This document shows, piece after piece, positions 18,082-27,118 of a stretch of DNA of 64,000 bases. The stretch's first letter is position 1; each line of letters begins with the position of its first letter. The notes beneath the pieces were generated by a model. The model worked only from the letters and a program-made list of their open reading frames with translations. It had not been told where the DNA came from and made no database searches. Source of the DNA: Patescibacteria group bacterium (GTDB lineage Bacteria; Patescibacteriota; Minisyncoccia; Moranbacterales; UBA2206). The position numbers and the translations under genes were made by a program. Location: NCBI GenBank assembly GCA_022711335.1, contig JAKLFF010000001.1:131016-195015 (forward strand), written 5' to 3'.

Positions 18082-20406
18082 TTAATTATTAAGATCCATT
18101 AATTTTTCTCCGGAAATTATTTTTACGAAATTATTCGGTCTTCCTCCAATCTCAAGCTTATAGTCGTAAACATTTTCCGAATAGAACTTGTTTATAGCTT
18201 CGGATATTTTGTCTCCCCCGATTACTTTTCCGGCGGTCATTTTGGAGGTTCGCGATTCTCTTCCTGAGGATACTACGAAATAATCGATTTTTTCCATGTC
18301 TTCAAAATCAAATCCGCTGCGGCAAGTTCCTACGAAAAAGGCGCAAACTCCGCGCTTGTCAGTCCATGCGACCAGCTTCTCGGCATCGGGCAGATTATTG
18401 AGATAAATGGCGGCTTCATAGCTTCCGTCTCCCATATCTTTGAGATTTAAAACGTAATTTCTCGGTAAAAGATCAGAAGCGTAGCTGAAATAAAAGGGCT
18501 TGATCGAATTCAAACTGTAAAGGCTGAAAATGAAAACAATAAGATAAACAAGGCCGGGAGCGATATATTTTTTGATTTGTTTGGCGTTTATAAATTGGTA
18601 AATTCCAATGCCAGAAAGGATCATAGCGAGAGGGTAGAGGATAATTTGATATCTGACGGTAGCGCTGACTCCGGAAATTGTGGAAGCCAGATAATAGAAG
18701 ATAATAAAAAGAACGATGCAGGTAGACCAGACAGTTGTTTCACCGTACGCCTTTTTTTTTGGAAAAATATTGGAAAGGCTCCCGAAAGACATGGCCAAAA
18801 AGGCTAAAGGAGTGAGGCCGAAAATCAGAGAATAAAAGTTAGCCAGCATCATTCCCGCGAGCCCTTCAAAAGTCTTCGAAGATTTGGGTGAAGCTAGAAT
18901 TGCCTCTAAGTCATAGAATCTCATTCCCAGATAAGTGTCAGCTAAAGTCGAAATAATCAGAAGAATAAAAATTGAATTTATGGCGATGATCAAAAAAGAT
19001 TTGTATTTGGATAAAAAATCAGTCAAAGGAGCAATAATTTTGTTTTTTAAAAAAACTATGTCAAAGAGCGTGAGGGCGATTATTCCCAAAAAAACAGGCC
19101 AGATCGAGAGAAAGGCTTTAGAAAGAATGGTTCCCTCAAGCACTCTTCCGGCATTAACCCAGGCAGCCGGAAGAAAAACAAAAAAAGTTGCTAAAGAGAA
19201 AAAAATCAGGGTGAAATAATCGGCAAAAACAGCCTTAAAATAATTTGCCGGCCCCATTTCTTTGTATTTTCGGCTGTTTAGAATATATTCCAAAAATATC
19301 AGCCCAAAAAAGAACACGTATAAAATATTGGCTACGTATTTTGTCAGCAGAGCAAATCCCAGGAAGATCCCGCACCAATATAAATATTTGTTTTCATGGT
19401 TTTTGAGATAAACAAAATAAGCGATTAAGGAAAGCGGCGCAAACGTCCAAAGAAGGCTGTCCGGATTGATTATAATCGAAATTCCGATAAGCAGCGGGGA
19501 AAGGCCGATTAAAATCAAAGAAATAAGCGCGGCAGTTTCTCCTGATAATTTTTTAATCAGAAAGTAGAAAATCAGGAGCATTAGGCAATTGAAAAGGAGA
19601 AGCGGAAATCTAAGAGAAAAATTTAAATCCCTGGTATCAAGATAGTTTCCCAGATTTTCTCCTTCCCAGTGGGAGTTCTTGTAATACATCGGATTTACCC
19701 AATTTAGCGCCACTCCTGATATGATAGCGACAGTGATGCCCGGCTTGTCGCTTACCATGGTTTTTTGAAATTCTCCGTCAGCTACATTGCTCCAAAATTT
19801 GGGAATTCGGCCATGAGACCAGAGAGGCTCGTCAACGGCGGCAAATTCAGCGATATGATAGCTACCGAATCCTAAATTCAAGGCAATTACCGAAACAATT
19901 ATGGCTATTTTGATAAACTTTGATTTTTTGTTGATTCCTTTTGCGGCAGCGGATTCATTTTTTTTCCAAAACTCTTTGAAAAAATCTTTTATTTTCGAGT
20001 ATTTTTTATGTTTGGAAACAAAATAAAAACCGAATAATATGAAGTAAATTCCGACAAATGGGCGCAAAGTATACATGTAAATATCATTTTCATATTTCAA
20101 GTCAAAATTAAAATAACTGCAGATCAAAACCAGTTCCATGGGAAAAAAAACAAAAATGATTTTTTTTATTGCAAGCAGGCTTTCGCGCGAATTTCTCGAA
20201 TAATATTTAAGAATTCCTGCTAAAAAAATTGCCAGGATTATGTAGGTGAAGCTGATTTTGTTGATTCCAAAAAAACTGAGAAAACTGCTTTTTTGAACTC
20301 GCAAGTAAAAATAAAAGAAGGTATTTAGCGCGAACAAAAATGAAGCAGAGAAAAGCGACAGATTTTCCAACGTCAAAAAACTCTTTAATTTTTTGTCGAG
20401 TTTCAT
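18082..20406 (-). CDS. Large (774 aa) polytopic membrane protein, probable GT-C glycosyltransferase with N-terminal extension and C-terminal soluble domain
   Basis: More than 12 predicted TM helices. A DE-containing first-loop segment (AAVDEPLWSHG) resembles the conserved acidic loop motif of ArnT/PMT enzymes. It is first in the long minus-strand operon. Confidence 0.45.
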   Translation of the reverse strand: MKLDKKLKSFLTLENLSLFSASFLFALNTFFYFYLRVQKSSFLSFFGINKISFTYIILAIFLAGILKYYSRNSRESLLAIKKIIFVFFPMELVLICSYFNFDLKYENDIYMYTLRPFVGIYFILFGFYFVSKHKKYSKIKDFFKEFWKKNESAAAKGINKKSKFIKIAIIVSVIALNLGFGSYHIAEFAAVDEPLWSHGRIPKFWSNVADGEFQKTMVSDKPGITVAIISGVALNWVNPMYYKNSHWEGENLGNYLDTRDLNFSLRFPLLLFNCLMLLIFYFLIKKLSGETAALISLILIGLSPLLIGISIIINPDSLLWTFAPLSLIAYFVYLKNHENKYLYWCGIFLGFALLTKYVANILYVFFFGLIFLEYILNSRKYKEMGPANYFKAVFADYFTLIFFSLATFFVFLPAAWVNAGRVLEGTILSKAFLSIWPVFLGIIALTLFDIVFLKNKIIAPLTDFLSKYKSFLIIAINSIFILLIISTLADTYLGMRFYDLEAILASPKSSKTFEGLAGMMLANFYSLIFGLTPLAFLAMSFGSLSNIFPKKKAYGETTVWSTCIVLFIIFYYLASTISGVSATVRYQIILYPLAMILSGIGIYQFINAKQIKKYIAPGLVYLIVFIFSLYSLNSIKPFYFSYASDLLPRNYVLNLKDMGDGSYEAAIYLNNLPDAEKLVAWTDKRGVCAFFVGTCRSGFDFEDMEKIDYFVVSSGRESRTSKMTAGKVIGGDKISEAINKFYSENVYDYKLEIGGRPNNFVKIISGEKLMDLNN

Positions 20407-20488
20407 AAATTTTGGCTGTTATTTGTTATTTGATTAAAAACAAAAAATAACCTACAATTGGAGTATTCACAAATATTATACAGGCAAA

Positions 20489-22288
20489 TTGATGAAAAAT
20501 AAAGCCCTTGATTTTTTTAGAAAAAGAAAAAATTTCCTCATTGTTTCTTTTGCTGTTATTTTTCTTATTGGCGTCTTTTTACGCGCCTATCATTTTTCTG
20601 ACTGGCTGCATTTTGAGCTGGATCAATCAAGAGATGCCAAGGTCATTGATTTGGCTGTTGAGGAAGGGCCGTCCAATTTGCCCCTTCTTGGGCCCAAAGC
20701 AGCCGGAACTTTCCTGCGTCTCGGGCCGGCTTTTTATTATTTCAAATATCTGAGTGCGCTGGTTTTTGGCAATACGCCTTCCGGGGTGGCAGTGATTATT
20801 ATGATTTTTGGAATTTTGGCTATCCCGGTTTTTTATTTATTCGTAAAAAGGTATTTTAGCGAGTCAATATCTTTGGGCCTAATGCTTATTTTTTCTGTTT
20901 CTCTTTTTCTGGTTATGTATTCAAGATTTTCCTGGAATCCTAATCCTTTGCCGCTGTTTACGCTTTTGACTTTTTATTTTCTGCTTCGGGCAGTGGATAC
21001 AAACGAAAGCGAAAAGAAAAGGGGAATTTGGCTGGTGGCTTTTTCAGTATCATTGGCGATTGCTACCCAGTTTCATTTTTTGGCTTTTGTGGGCGTGCCG
21101 GCCATATCTTTTCTGTTTCTAGTTGTTAAGAGGCCTAAAATAAAAATAAAATACTGGCTTTTTTCCATTGCGGCGATCGTTTTTCTCTATTTGCCGGCAA
21201 TAGTCAATGATTTTGAAACCGGCGGCGATAATATCGGCCAGTTTTTGGAAGTCGCCCGGGGGAAATCGGAAAAAAGCGAGCATGATATCGTTGAAAAGAT
21301 CGTAAAAAGCTACAATGAAAATTCCTTGGGATACGCAACAGTTTTATTTGGAATTGAAAAAAGGGAGCTTCCCCGGGTTATTTTTGAAAAAAATAAGCTG
21401 TTTAGTTTTATATGCGATGCGGATTGCAAAAGCGAGTTGGGGATGGGAATTTTTTCGCTTCTGTTTTTCACTTTGGGCGCGGTTTTGCTTGTCGCAAATG
21501 CCGTGAAAGAAAAAGATCCTAAAAGAAAAGATTTTTTAATCCTGGCATCTATCTGGTTCTTTGTTGTTTTGGGGCTTTATGTTCCCATAGCTTATAATAT
21601 TTCTCCCCGCTTTTTCCTTTTAGCGGCGGCTATTCCGTTTATCTTTTTGGGATTTGTGTTTGAATTTCTGGAGATTACCATAAAAAACAAAAAAATAAGT
21701 CCGATGTTAACAATAGTTCTTATTTTAGCTGCCAGCGGCTATAATCTTTGGAAAATAAATCAGCGCTTTTGGCAGTTGCAAAATGCTTCTACTCAATCTT
21801 TTAAAGTGGAAACAGACAGGATTCTCAAGGAAAAAACGAGAGTAACGCTAGAACAGCAAAATAAAATAATAAATTACATTTTATTAATACAAAAAAGCAA
21901 CGGCTATCCGGTTTATCTCAACAGCGATCCGGAATACCGAAGATCATTTCTTTACCATCTTGATAGAAATGATATTCCCAGAGATGACTTCAGAAATGCG
22001 ACAAATAGCGATAAAGTTTATGAACATGGAAATTATTTTTTGATTTACCCAACGTTTTCCAACTGGAAAAAAGATCTGGATAAATACGCAGGAAAATTCG
22101 ACCTTGCGAATCAGAAAGAATTTGGAACTCTGACGCTTTTTGAACTCAAGCCAAGGCTAGAGGCTGTCAACGCCGTAGAGCAGGATTTTTCAAAAGACAA
22201 GTCGAAAGGATCATCCGGAACGCCTAAAAGATTTAAGTGGGATGAAATATTTAATGAAAATAGTGATGATGAAAATACTAATGATTAG
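20489..22288 (+). CDS. GT-C ArnT/PMT-like membrane glycosyltransferase, paralog 4 (divergently transcribed)
   Basis: FLRAYHFSDWLHFELDQSRD and LGPKAAGTFLRLGPAFYY. Acidic C-terminal tail. Confidence 0.75.
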   Translation: MMKNKALDFFRKRKNFLIVSFAVIFLIGVFLRAYHFSDWLHFELDQSRDAKVIDLAVEEGPSNLPLLGPKAAGTFLRLGPAFYYFKYLSALVFGNTPSGVAVIIMIFGILAIPVFYLFVKRYFSESISLGLMLIFSVSLFLVMYSRFSWNPNPLPLFTLLTFYFLLRAVDTNESEKKRGIWLVAFSVSLAIATQFHFLAFVGVPAISFLFLVVKRPKIKIKYWLFSIAAIVFLYLPAIVNDFETGGDNIGQFLEVARGKSEKSEHDIVEKIVKSYNENSLGYATVLFGIEKRELPRVIFEKNKLFSFICDADCKSELGMGIFSLLFFTLGAVLLVANAVKEKDPKRKDFLILASIWFFVVLGLYVPIAYNISPRFFLLAAAIPFIFLGFVFEFLEITIKNKKISPMLTIVLILAASGYNLWKINQRFWQLQNASTQSFKVETDRILKEKTRVTLEQQNKIINYILLIQKSNGYPVYLNSDPEYRRSFLYHLDRNDIPRDDFRNATNSDKVYEHGNYFLIYPTFSNWKKDLDKYAGKFDLANQKEFGTLTLFELKPRLEAVNAVEQDFSKDKSKGSSGTPKRFKWDEIFNENSDDENTND

Positions 22289-22492
22289 TTTTTTTGAAAA
22301 AATAAAAAGACCGGGCGGTCTTGTGTGCGACTTGGGATAAGTATGAATGCGAGTTTCGCATTAGGAGTCCTTATCGACAGCCATATAGACTATCTGCCTC
22401 CCTAACCTATCCGGTTATCGCACACTGCCTCGGTCTTGTAATGTGCAACAATCCTATCATATTATTAAAATTTTGTCAATAGCCAACGGTAA

Positions 22493-23497
22493 TGTCCACA
22501 CACATTTGGCGGTTTTTCCAGAATAGCGATATTCTGGAAAATGAGTATCAATATGCCAAAAACAATTAAAGAAGAACGGCTAAGGTGGATTTTGCCTGTT
22601 ACCAGAAAGGAGGTAAGGTTAATCGATGTGACCAAGGTCTGCCCGCACAGTAAACGTAGTCTGGAAAGATGGGTAGCAGCCTACAAAGAGTACGGAGAGG
22701 AGGGATTAATCCCAAAATCAACCAGACCCAGAACAAACCCCAATGAAACACCGATAAGGATCAAGGAAAGAATTATCGAACTCAGAAAGGATAAAAAGAA
22801 ATGCGCCCTGAAACTGAAATGGCAGTTGGAAAAAGAAAACATTTTTATCCACAAAAATACCGTTCATAAAATCGTTAAAAGCGAGGGTTTGGTAAGGAAA
22901 TACAGAACCAGGAAATTAAAGTACAAATATATCAAAATTCCGTTAGCACCAGGCGAATTAGTGGAAATTGATGTTAAATATGTGCCGGAAACAGTGGGAA
23001 ACAAGCAGTATTATCAATTTACAGCCATCGACTGCGCTACCAGGTGGAGATATCTGAAAATCTATGATGATTATTCCAGTTTTAATTCCATAAGGTTTTT
23101 AAAAGAATTAATTGCTATCACTTCGTTTAGAATCAGAGCCATCAAGACAGACAATGGAAGTAATTTTACTAATCGATATACGGGCTATCTCAAGAGTTCT
23201 GACCCGATAAATCCCAGGCTTCATCCTCTTGATATTTTTTGTCAAAAATACAACATCATCCATTACCTGATTGATCCAGGAAAACCAGCTCAGAACGGTA
23301 AAGTGGAAAGAAGCCATCGCGAAGACCAGGAGAAATTCTATGAACGTGTCTCATTTAAAACATTAAGGGAGTTGGAAAAAAAGATAAAAATATGGAATGA
23401 TGAATACAACAATCTGGAACATTGTTCCTTAAATGGAAAAACACCAAATGAAATGTTAAAAATACTAACTATCTAATGCGACAAATGTCTGTGTACA
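22493..23497. mobile_element. IS481-family insertion sequence (approximate boundaries)
   Basis: Imperfect terminal inverted repeats TGTCCACACACATTTGGCG (22493-22511) and CGACAAATGTCTGTGTACA (23479-23497) match at 16 of 19 positions. They flank a single rve-type transposase gene. Length is about 1 kb, as for IS481. No clear target-site duplication was identified. Confidence 0.5.
22541..23476 (+). CDS. IS481-family DDE transposase (HTH + rve integrase core)
   Basis: Catalytic D...D...E spacing (AIDCATRW, KTDNGSNF, NGKVERSHRE). N-terminal HTH. Confidence 0.85.
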   Translation: MSINMPKTIKEERLRWILPVTRKEVRLIDVTKVCPHSKRSLERWVAAYKEYGEEGLIPKSTRPRTNPNETPIRIKERIIELRKDKKKCALKLKWQLEKENIFIHKNTVHKIVKSEGLVRKYRTRKLKYKYIKIPLAPGELVEIDVKYVPETVGNKQYYQFTAIDCATRWRYLKIYDDYSSFNSIRFLKELIAITSFRIRAIKTDNGSNFTNRYTGYLKSSDPINPRLHPLDIFCQKYNIIHYLIDPGKPAQNGKVERSHREDQEKFYERVSFKTLRELEKKIKIWNDEYNNLEHCSLNGKTPNEMLKILTI

Positions 23498-23585
23498 AAA
23501 CACTATTTATCTATTTTTTGGAAAAAGAAAAGAGGCTGTATCTCTAAAATCAGAGATACAGCCTATAAGGTCACAGGTGAAATGT

Positions 23586-24038
23586 CTACTTCTGGCGGAT
23601 GAAAACTTTTGGCCTCCCCCCGCTCGAAGTTACCTCCGAATAAGCAGCTTTTCCATTCAGTTTTGTTGCTGCTATCCAGGACCCAGAACAAATGAATGGT
23701 CCGTCATTTAAGTACATTTTTTTGACGGCGGCTATATCCGCAATCGAAAATTTTGGTCCTGAAAGCCATGGAGTTGGCACCTGCTTGTCGTCGCAAAGAA
23801 CCATTCGCTGTGTTTTGTCCCGATCAGGATGGTAAGAAATACCAATTTCCGGCACACCCTTCGAAAGAATATGCAATGTAACATCTTCCGCAGAGGTGTA
23901 GAAATTCCCTTTTGGACAAGTCATCGTTGCCACCGTCGTTGTTTGACTCTGTCCGTCCATTTCATTTTGGGCGAACGCTTGCGCGCTCAAACCTATAAAA
24001 AGAACTGCTGTCAGCACTACTGTGATACCCTTCATCAT
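23586..24038 (-). CDS. Secreted hypothetical protein (signal peptide ...LSAQAFAQ)
   Basis: 150-aa ORF with a cleavable-looking signal peptide and 3 Cys. GC noticeably above the genome background. Confidence 0.5.
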   Translation of the reverse strand: MMKGITVVLTAVLFIGLSAQAFAQNEMDGQSQTTTVATMTCPKGNFYTSAEDVTLHILSKGVPEIGISYHPDRDKTQRMVLCDDKQVPTPWLSGPKFSIADIAAVKKMYLNDGPFICSGSWIAATKLNGKAAYSEVTSSGGRPKVFIRQK

Positions 24039-24195
24039 CTTTCTCCTTAATAGTCTGCGTTTCTGTCATTGTGCCATCTATGCTATCTTCCGGTTTTTCA
24101 ACAACTGGCTAGCCTACTACATCAAAAAGATAATGTCAATAAGAAATACAAAGATAATTTAAAAACATGTATAAATTAGGTATGGTTTTAGTAAC

Positions 24196-24224
24196 TTGAC
24201 AAATTTTGATAAATAGTGTAGTAT
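24196..24224 (+). promoter_or_regulatory. Near-consensus sigma70-type promoter (TTGACA-17 nt-TAGTAT) upstream of the 24266 gene
   Basis: TTGACA at 24196-24201, a 17-nt spacer, TAGTAT at 24219-24224, about 40 nt upstream of the ATG. Confidence 0.35.
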
Positions 24225-24265
24225 GGACAGTTAACTTAGCAATTAAGAGATTTTAAGGCAATTTT

Positions 24266-24961
24266 ATGGCTCAAAATAAGGAAATTACGCTAAACTCAAT
24301 AACTCGAAACTGGCGGTTTATAGTCATAACCGTTATGCTTTTCGCTTCTCTGTCTTTTTTTGCGAGCACTATGATTACGCCGGAATATAAAAGCCAGGCG
24401 GAAATTCTTATACTCCAGAAAAATCTGGATATCGATCCTTATCGGGCCGCAAAGGCTTCGGAATATGCCGGAGAAGTTCTGGAAGGAGTTTCCGGATCTT
24501 CCGATTTTATGAACGGAATTCTGGAAAAAATCGGATCAAATGCCGGAAAGTTCGGTGAAAATCCGGAAAAGCAAATGGAAAACTGGAAAAAGGCAGTCAG
24601 TGTCACTCCTTTGGTCAACACCGGAATTGTAAAAATAACCGTACTTGATCCCAATAAAAGAGAAAATAGGAAGCTTATGGAAGGCGTTATGGCCGAGCTT
24701 CAGGAAAACGGCGTCGCCTATCATGGCAATGAAAACATTACGCTCAAAAAAATCGGCGGACCGGTATATTTTGAAAATCCGGCCTACCCGGTCATCTGGC
24801 TTAATGTTTTGGTTGCGGGAGCGGTTGGATTATTCGCTTCTATCGGGATGATTTTGCTGTTTGGACAAAATTTGGGAAGTTGGTTTACAAACAGATCAAA
24901 GATAAAATTTCAAAACGGAAATCTAAATCAGGCATTTTATCATTATCCGGAAGTGCGTTAA
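24266..24961 (+). CDS. Wzz/PCP-like polysaccharide chain-length-determinant-type protein (N- and C-terminal TM helices flanking an extracytoplasmic domain)
   Basis: Topology TM1 (FIVITVMLFASLSFF), soluble middle, TM2 (VIWLNVLVAGAVGLFASIGMILLF). Assigned by architecture only. Confidence 0.45.
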   Translation: MAQNKEITLNSITRNWRFIVITVMLFASLSFFASTMITPEYKSQAEILILQKNLDIDPYRAAKASEYAGEVLEGVSGSSDFMNGILEKIGSNAGKFGENPEKQMENWKKAVSVTPLVNTGIVKITVLDPNKRENRKLMEGVMAELQENGVAYHGNENITLKKIGGPVYFENPAYPVIWLNVLVAGAVGLFASIGMILLFGQNLGSWFTNRSKIKFQNGNLNQAFYHYPEVR

Positions 24962-24979
24962 AAAATTTGCTTTTCTTGA

Positions 24980-25006
24980 GGTTGCGTAATTGAAAATTAC
25001 GCAACC
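24980..25006 (+). terminator. Perfect 12-bp stem hairpin (GGTTGCGTAATT-GAA-AATTACGCAACC) 19 nt after the stop codon; terminator or attenuator candidate (no T-tract)
   Basis: The palindrome is read directly from the sequence. Confidence 0.35.
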
Positions 25007-25105
25007 GAAAAGAAGCGCAATTCAAGCTTCGAAGATAAAGCTACTGGCGGGCGTTCCGTCGGAGCTATTATCCAAAAACTCTCAAGGCTAAAAGGAGAAA
25101 AAGCC

Positions 25106-25459
25106 ATGAGAAAGTTGTTCTTTATTATTTTGGCAGTTGTCGGTATTTTGGTGGGCTTGAGCACTTCGGTGTTCGCCCAGGACTGTGTCGGGAGTAATCC
25201 CAACTGGACTATGATTGGTTCGCCAACTGTATTGGCTAATGGAGTCGTATTGATTCATGGTACGAATCCCCGCGTGTCCGACTGTCGAATTGAAGGAAAA
25301 TGGTTTTCCCCAAAAGGTGGCCAGCGACAGGTGGTGTTGACAAACTGCGAAGGCGTAGTGGATGTCGATGCCAGGGTCAATGCGGCCATTGAATATGCCG
25401 CACAGTTGACCGGCCCCGGTTCCTGCCAAGATCGAAACTGCGAAAGAAAAAACTTTTAA
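25106..25459 (+). CDS. Small secreted Cys-rich hypothetical protein (signal peptide ...LSTSVFAQ)
   Basis: 117 aa with 6 Cys in the mature part. AAGGAG RBS. GC-rich codon usage compared with the genome background. Confidence 0.55.
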   Translation: MRKLFFIILAVVGILVGLSTSVFAQDCVGSNPNWTMIGSPTVLANGVVLIHGTNPRVSDCRIEGKWFSPKGGQRQVVLTNCEGVVDVDARVNAAIEYAAQLTGPGSCQDRNCERKNF

Positions 25460-25734
25460 AGCAGTGCGACTTGGTAGCCAAGACCTCGTTTCCTATTCTT
25501 AATATGGCATATACATTAGTATCGCCAGATTAGAAGGACTCGGGGTCTTTTTTTTGAATATTAAGCTGTTTTATTTGTATAATAAGGCAGAAGCTTGCAA
25601 TTTTTTGATAAATATGATTAGGTTTAGATAATAAAGGAGGGGCGGTTCCCTAAAAATAAGCAGGCAAAAGCAGTCAGATACTGTTTGGGCCATTTTTTTT
25701 GTAATTTTTTCATGCCAACAAAGGAGGAAGTACC

Positions 25735-26409
25735 ATGAAAAAGTTGTTTGTTGTAGCTTTGGCAGTTTTGGCAATCGCAAGCTTGAGCGCGCAAGCGTTC
25801 GCTTCCCAGCAGGGTGTAAATGCTATTGTGGGAGTAAGTCAGGCTTATTTTAAAGACACTCCTTCTGTCAAGGATCTTGGTAATGATAATTACTCTGTTG
25901 CTGGACCAGGTGGCGTTCAGAAAATCAAATTCACCAACTCGACCATCAATAGGATGAATTTGGCTCTGAATAATCCAGGCTCCAGCGAAAGTCTCGACAC
26001 TATGTGTCCTGCTCAAGCGAACCAGCTGCGCTTGGCTATGAAAGCACCGGTTAAAAAACCAGTTACCGTAGCTCCTGTGAAGCCCTGCGAAGGTTGCAAA
26101 GAGCAGGAAGGCACTTGGAAGGGTCGGCCGCCCGCAGGAACTGTAACAGCCACTATCAAAAACGGCCAGTATGGCCAGTTTGAGATAGTGTATGATTCTA
26201 AAAAGCGATGCCCTGCAGTCCAGCAGTGGCGGAAAACCCCGAATGATTTTCCAAGCGAGCACAAAAGGCTATGGTTCAAGGACAAAACTATGGCAGAACA
26301 ATGGCTCGCCAATGCCCTGACTCCTGAACAGCTGGAGCAGAGACTGTCTGGCGCTAGCTACAAAGCCGCCAGCATCGGTTATCAAAAGTGGGTGGACCTG
26401 GCTTTATAG
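25735..26409 (+). CDS. Secreted hypothetical protein (signal peptide ...LSAQAFAS, related to that of 23586-24038)
   Basis: 224 aa. AAGGAGG RBS. 4 Cys (CPAQ, CEGC, CPAV). Confidence 0.6.
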   Translation: MKKLFVVALAVLAIASLSAQAFASQQGVNAIVGVSQAYFKDTPSVKDLGNDNYSVAGPGGVQKIKFTNSTINRMNLALNNPGSSESLDTMCPAQANQLRLAMKAPVKKPVTVAPVKPCEGCKEQEGTWKGRPPAGTVTATIKNGQYGQFEIVYDSKKRCPAVQQWRKTPNDFPSEHKRLWFKDKTMAEQWLANALTPEQLEQRLSGASYKAASIGYQKWVDLAL

Positions 26410-26430
26410 CCAATTCTGCCCCCAACCAAA

Positions 26431-26476
26431 AACCCCGATTCTTGTCTCAACGAGAGGATCGGGGTTTTGTTTATTT
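26431..26476 (+). terminator. Rho-independent terminator
   Basis: AACCCCGAT-N18-ATCGGGGTT followed by TTTTGTTTATTT. Confidence 0.6.
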
Positions 26477-26509
26477 ATATGGCAGAAGCAAGGTTGTACC
26501 TTGCTCCTT

Positions 26510-27028
26510 TTAGTTTACAATCCGAAAATCATCAATATCATCGACTTTCAGCTCGCATTCGGTATTAGCCGAAGACCAATACCAATATTCCGGTTGCGCA
26601 ACATAATTTTTCCTGACCGGATTATTGTAAATATATTGCAATTTTTGATCAAAAAAATTTTGCGATTCAATCAGTTTAGGCATGTTGGTTTTTTCCCAAA
26701 ACTCATATTTTCCATCTTTATCTAAAAATATTTTTAAAACATTTGGTTCGGTTGTTTTTATGTTCCTGTGCAATTCTTTAGATGTAAATCTTTTAAAATC
26801 ACGAATGAATCCAGAAACATCCAATGAATAAGTGATTAAATGAATATGATTGAGCATAAAAACAAAACCAAAAAGTTTTAGCCCTTTGTTATCCTGGCAA
26901 TATTTGATTGAACTGGCCAATATATTCCAGCGGTATTGTCGGTCAAAAAGATAGTACAAATTTTTAACGCTAAAAGTAAGAAAATATACGGAATTATTGA
27001 ATTGCTTCGGTACTCTTACGGATGGCAT
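26510..27028 (-). CDS. REP-associated tyrosine transposase (RAYT; IS200-like Y1 HuH transposase family)
   Basis: HuH motif LNHIHLI. C-terminal YIYNNPVRKNYVAQPEYWYWSS matches the NPV..GLV..PE.Y.WSS catalytic-Tyr region of the RAYT/Transposase_17 family. About 170 aa. Confidence 0.75.
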   Translation of the reverse strand: MPSVRVPKQFNNSVYFLTFSVKNLYYLFDRQYRWNILASSIKYCQDNKGLKLFGFVFMLNHIHLITYSLDVSGFIRDFKRFTSKELHRNIKTTEPNVLKIFLDKDGKYEFWEKTNMPKLIESQNFFDQKLQYIYNNPVRKNYVAQPEYWYWSSANTECELKVDDIDDFRIVN

Positions 27029-27118
27029 CGAGTTTTGTTTAGAATGTTAACTATGAGGAGCATAGTGCAACTATGCTCCTGCACTAGGTGCAACTATGCT
27101 CCTGCGCCTTTATATTTT
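27029..27118. repeat. REP-like palindromic repeats flanking the RAYT (AGGAGCATAGT-GCA-ACTATGCTCCT plus two direct GTGCAACTATGCTCCTGC units)
   Basis: An 11-bp perfect-stem hairpin and a duplicated 18-mer lie immediately 5' of the RAYT gene. Confidence 0.5.

Noticed and set aside
22300-22492. tRNA gene as IS insertion target
   Set aside because: No acceptor-stem/T-loop (GTTCRA) architecture was detectable on either strand.
24039-26500. The secreted Cys-containing proteins as precursor peptides of the radical SAM enzyme (RiPP cluster)
   Set aside because: The proteins are 117-224 aa with classical Sec signal peptides. They are separated from the radical SAM gene by the RAYT and are on the opposite strand. 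This is not a typical precursor/maturase arrangement, and the idea is kept only as a remote possibility.
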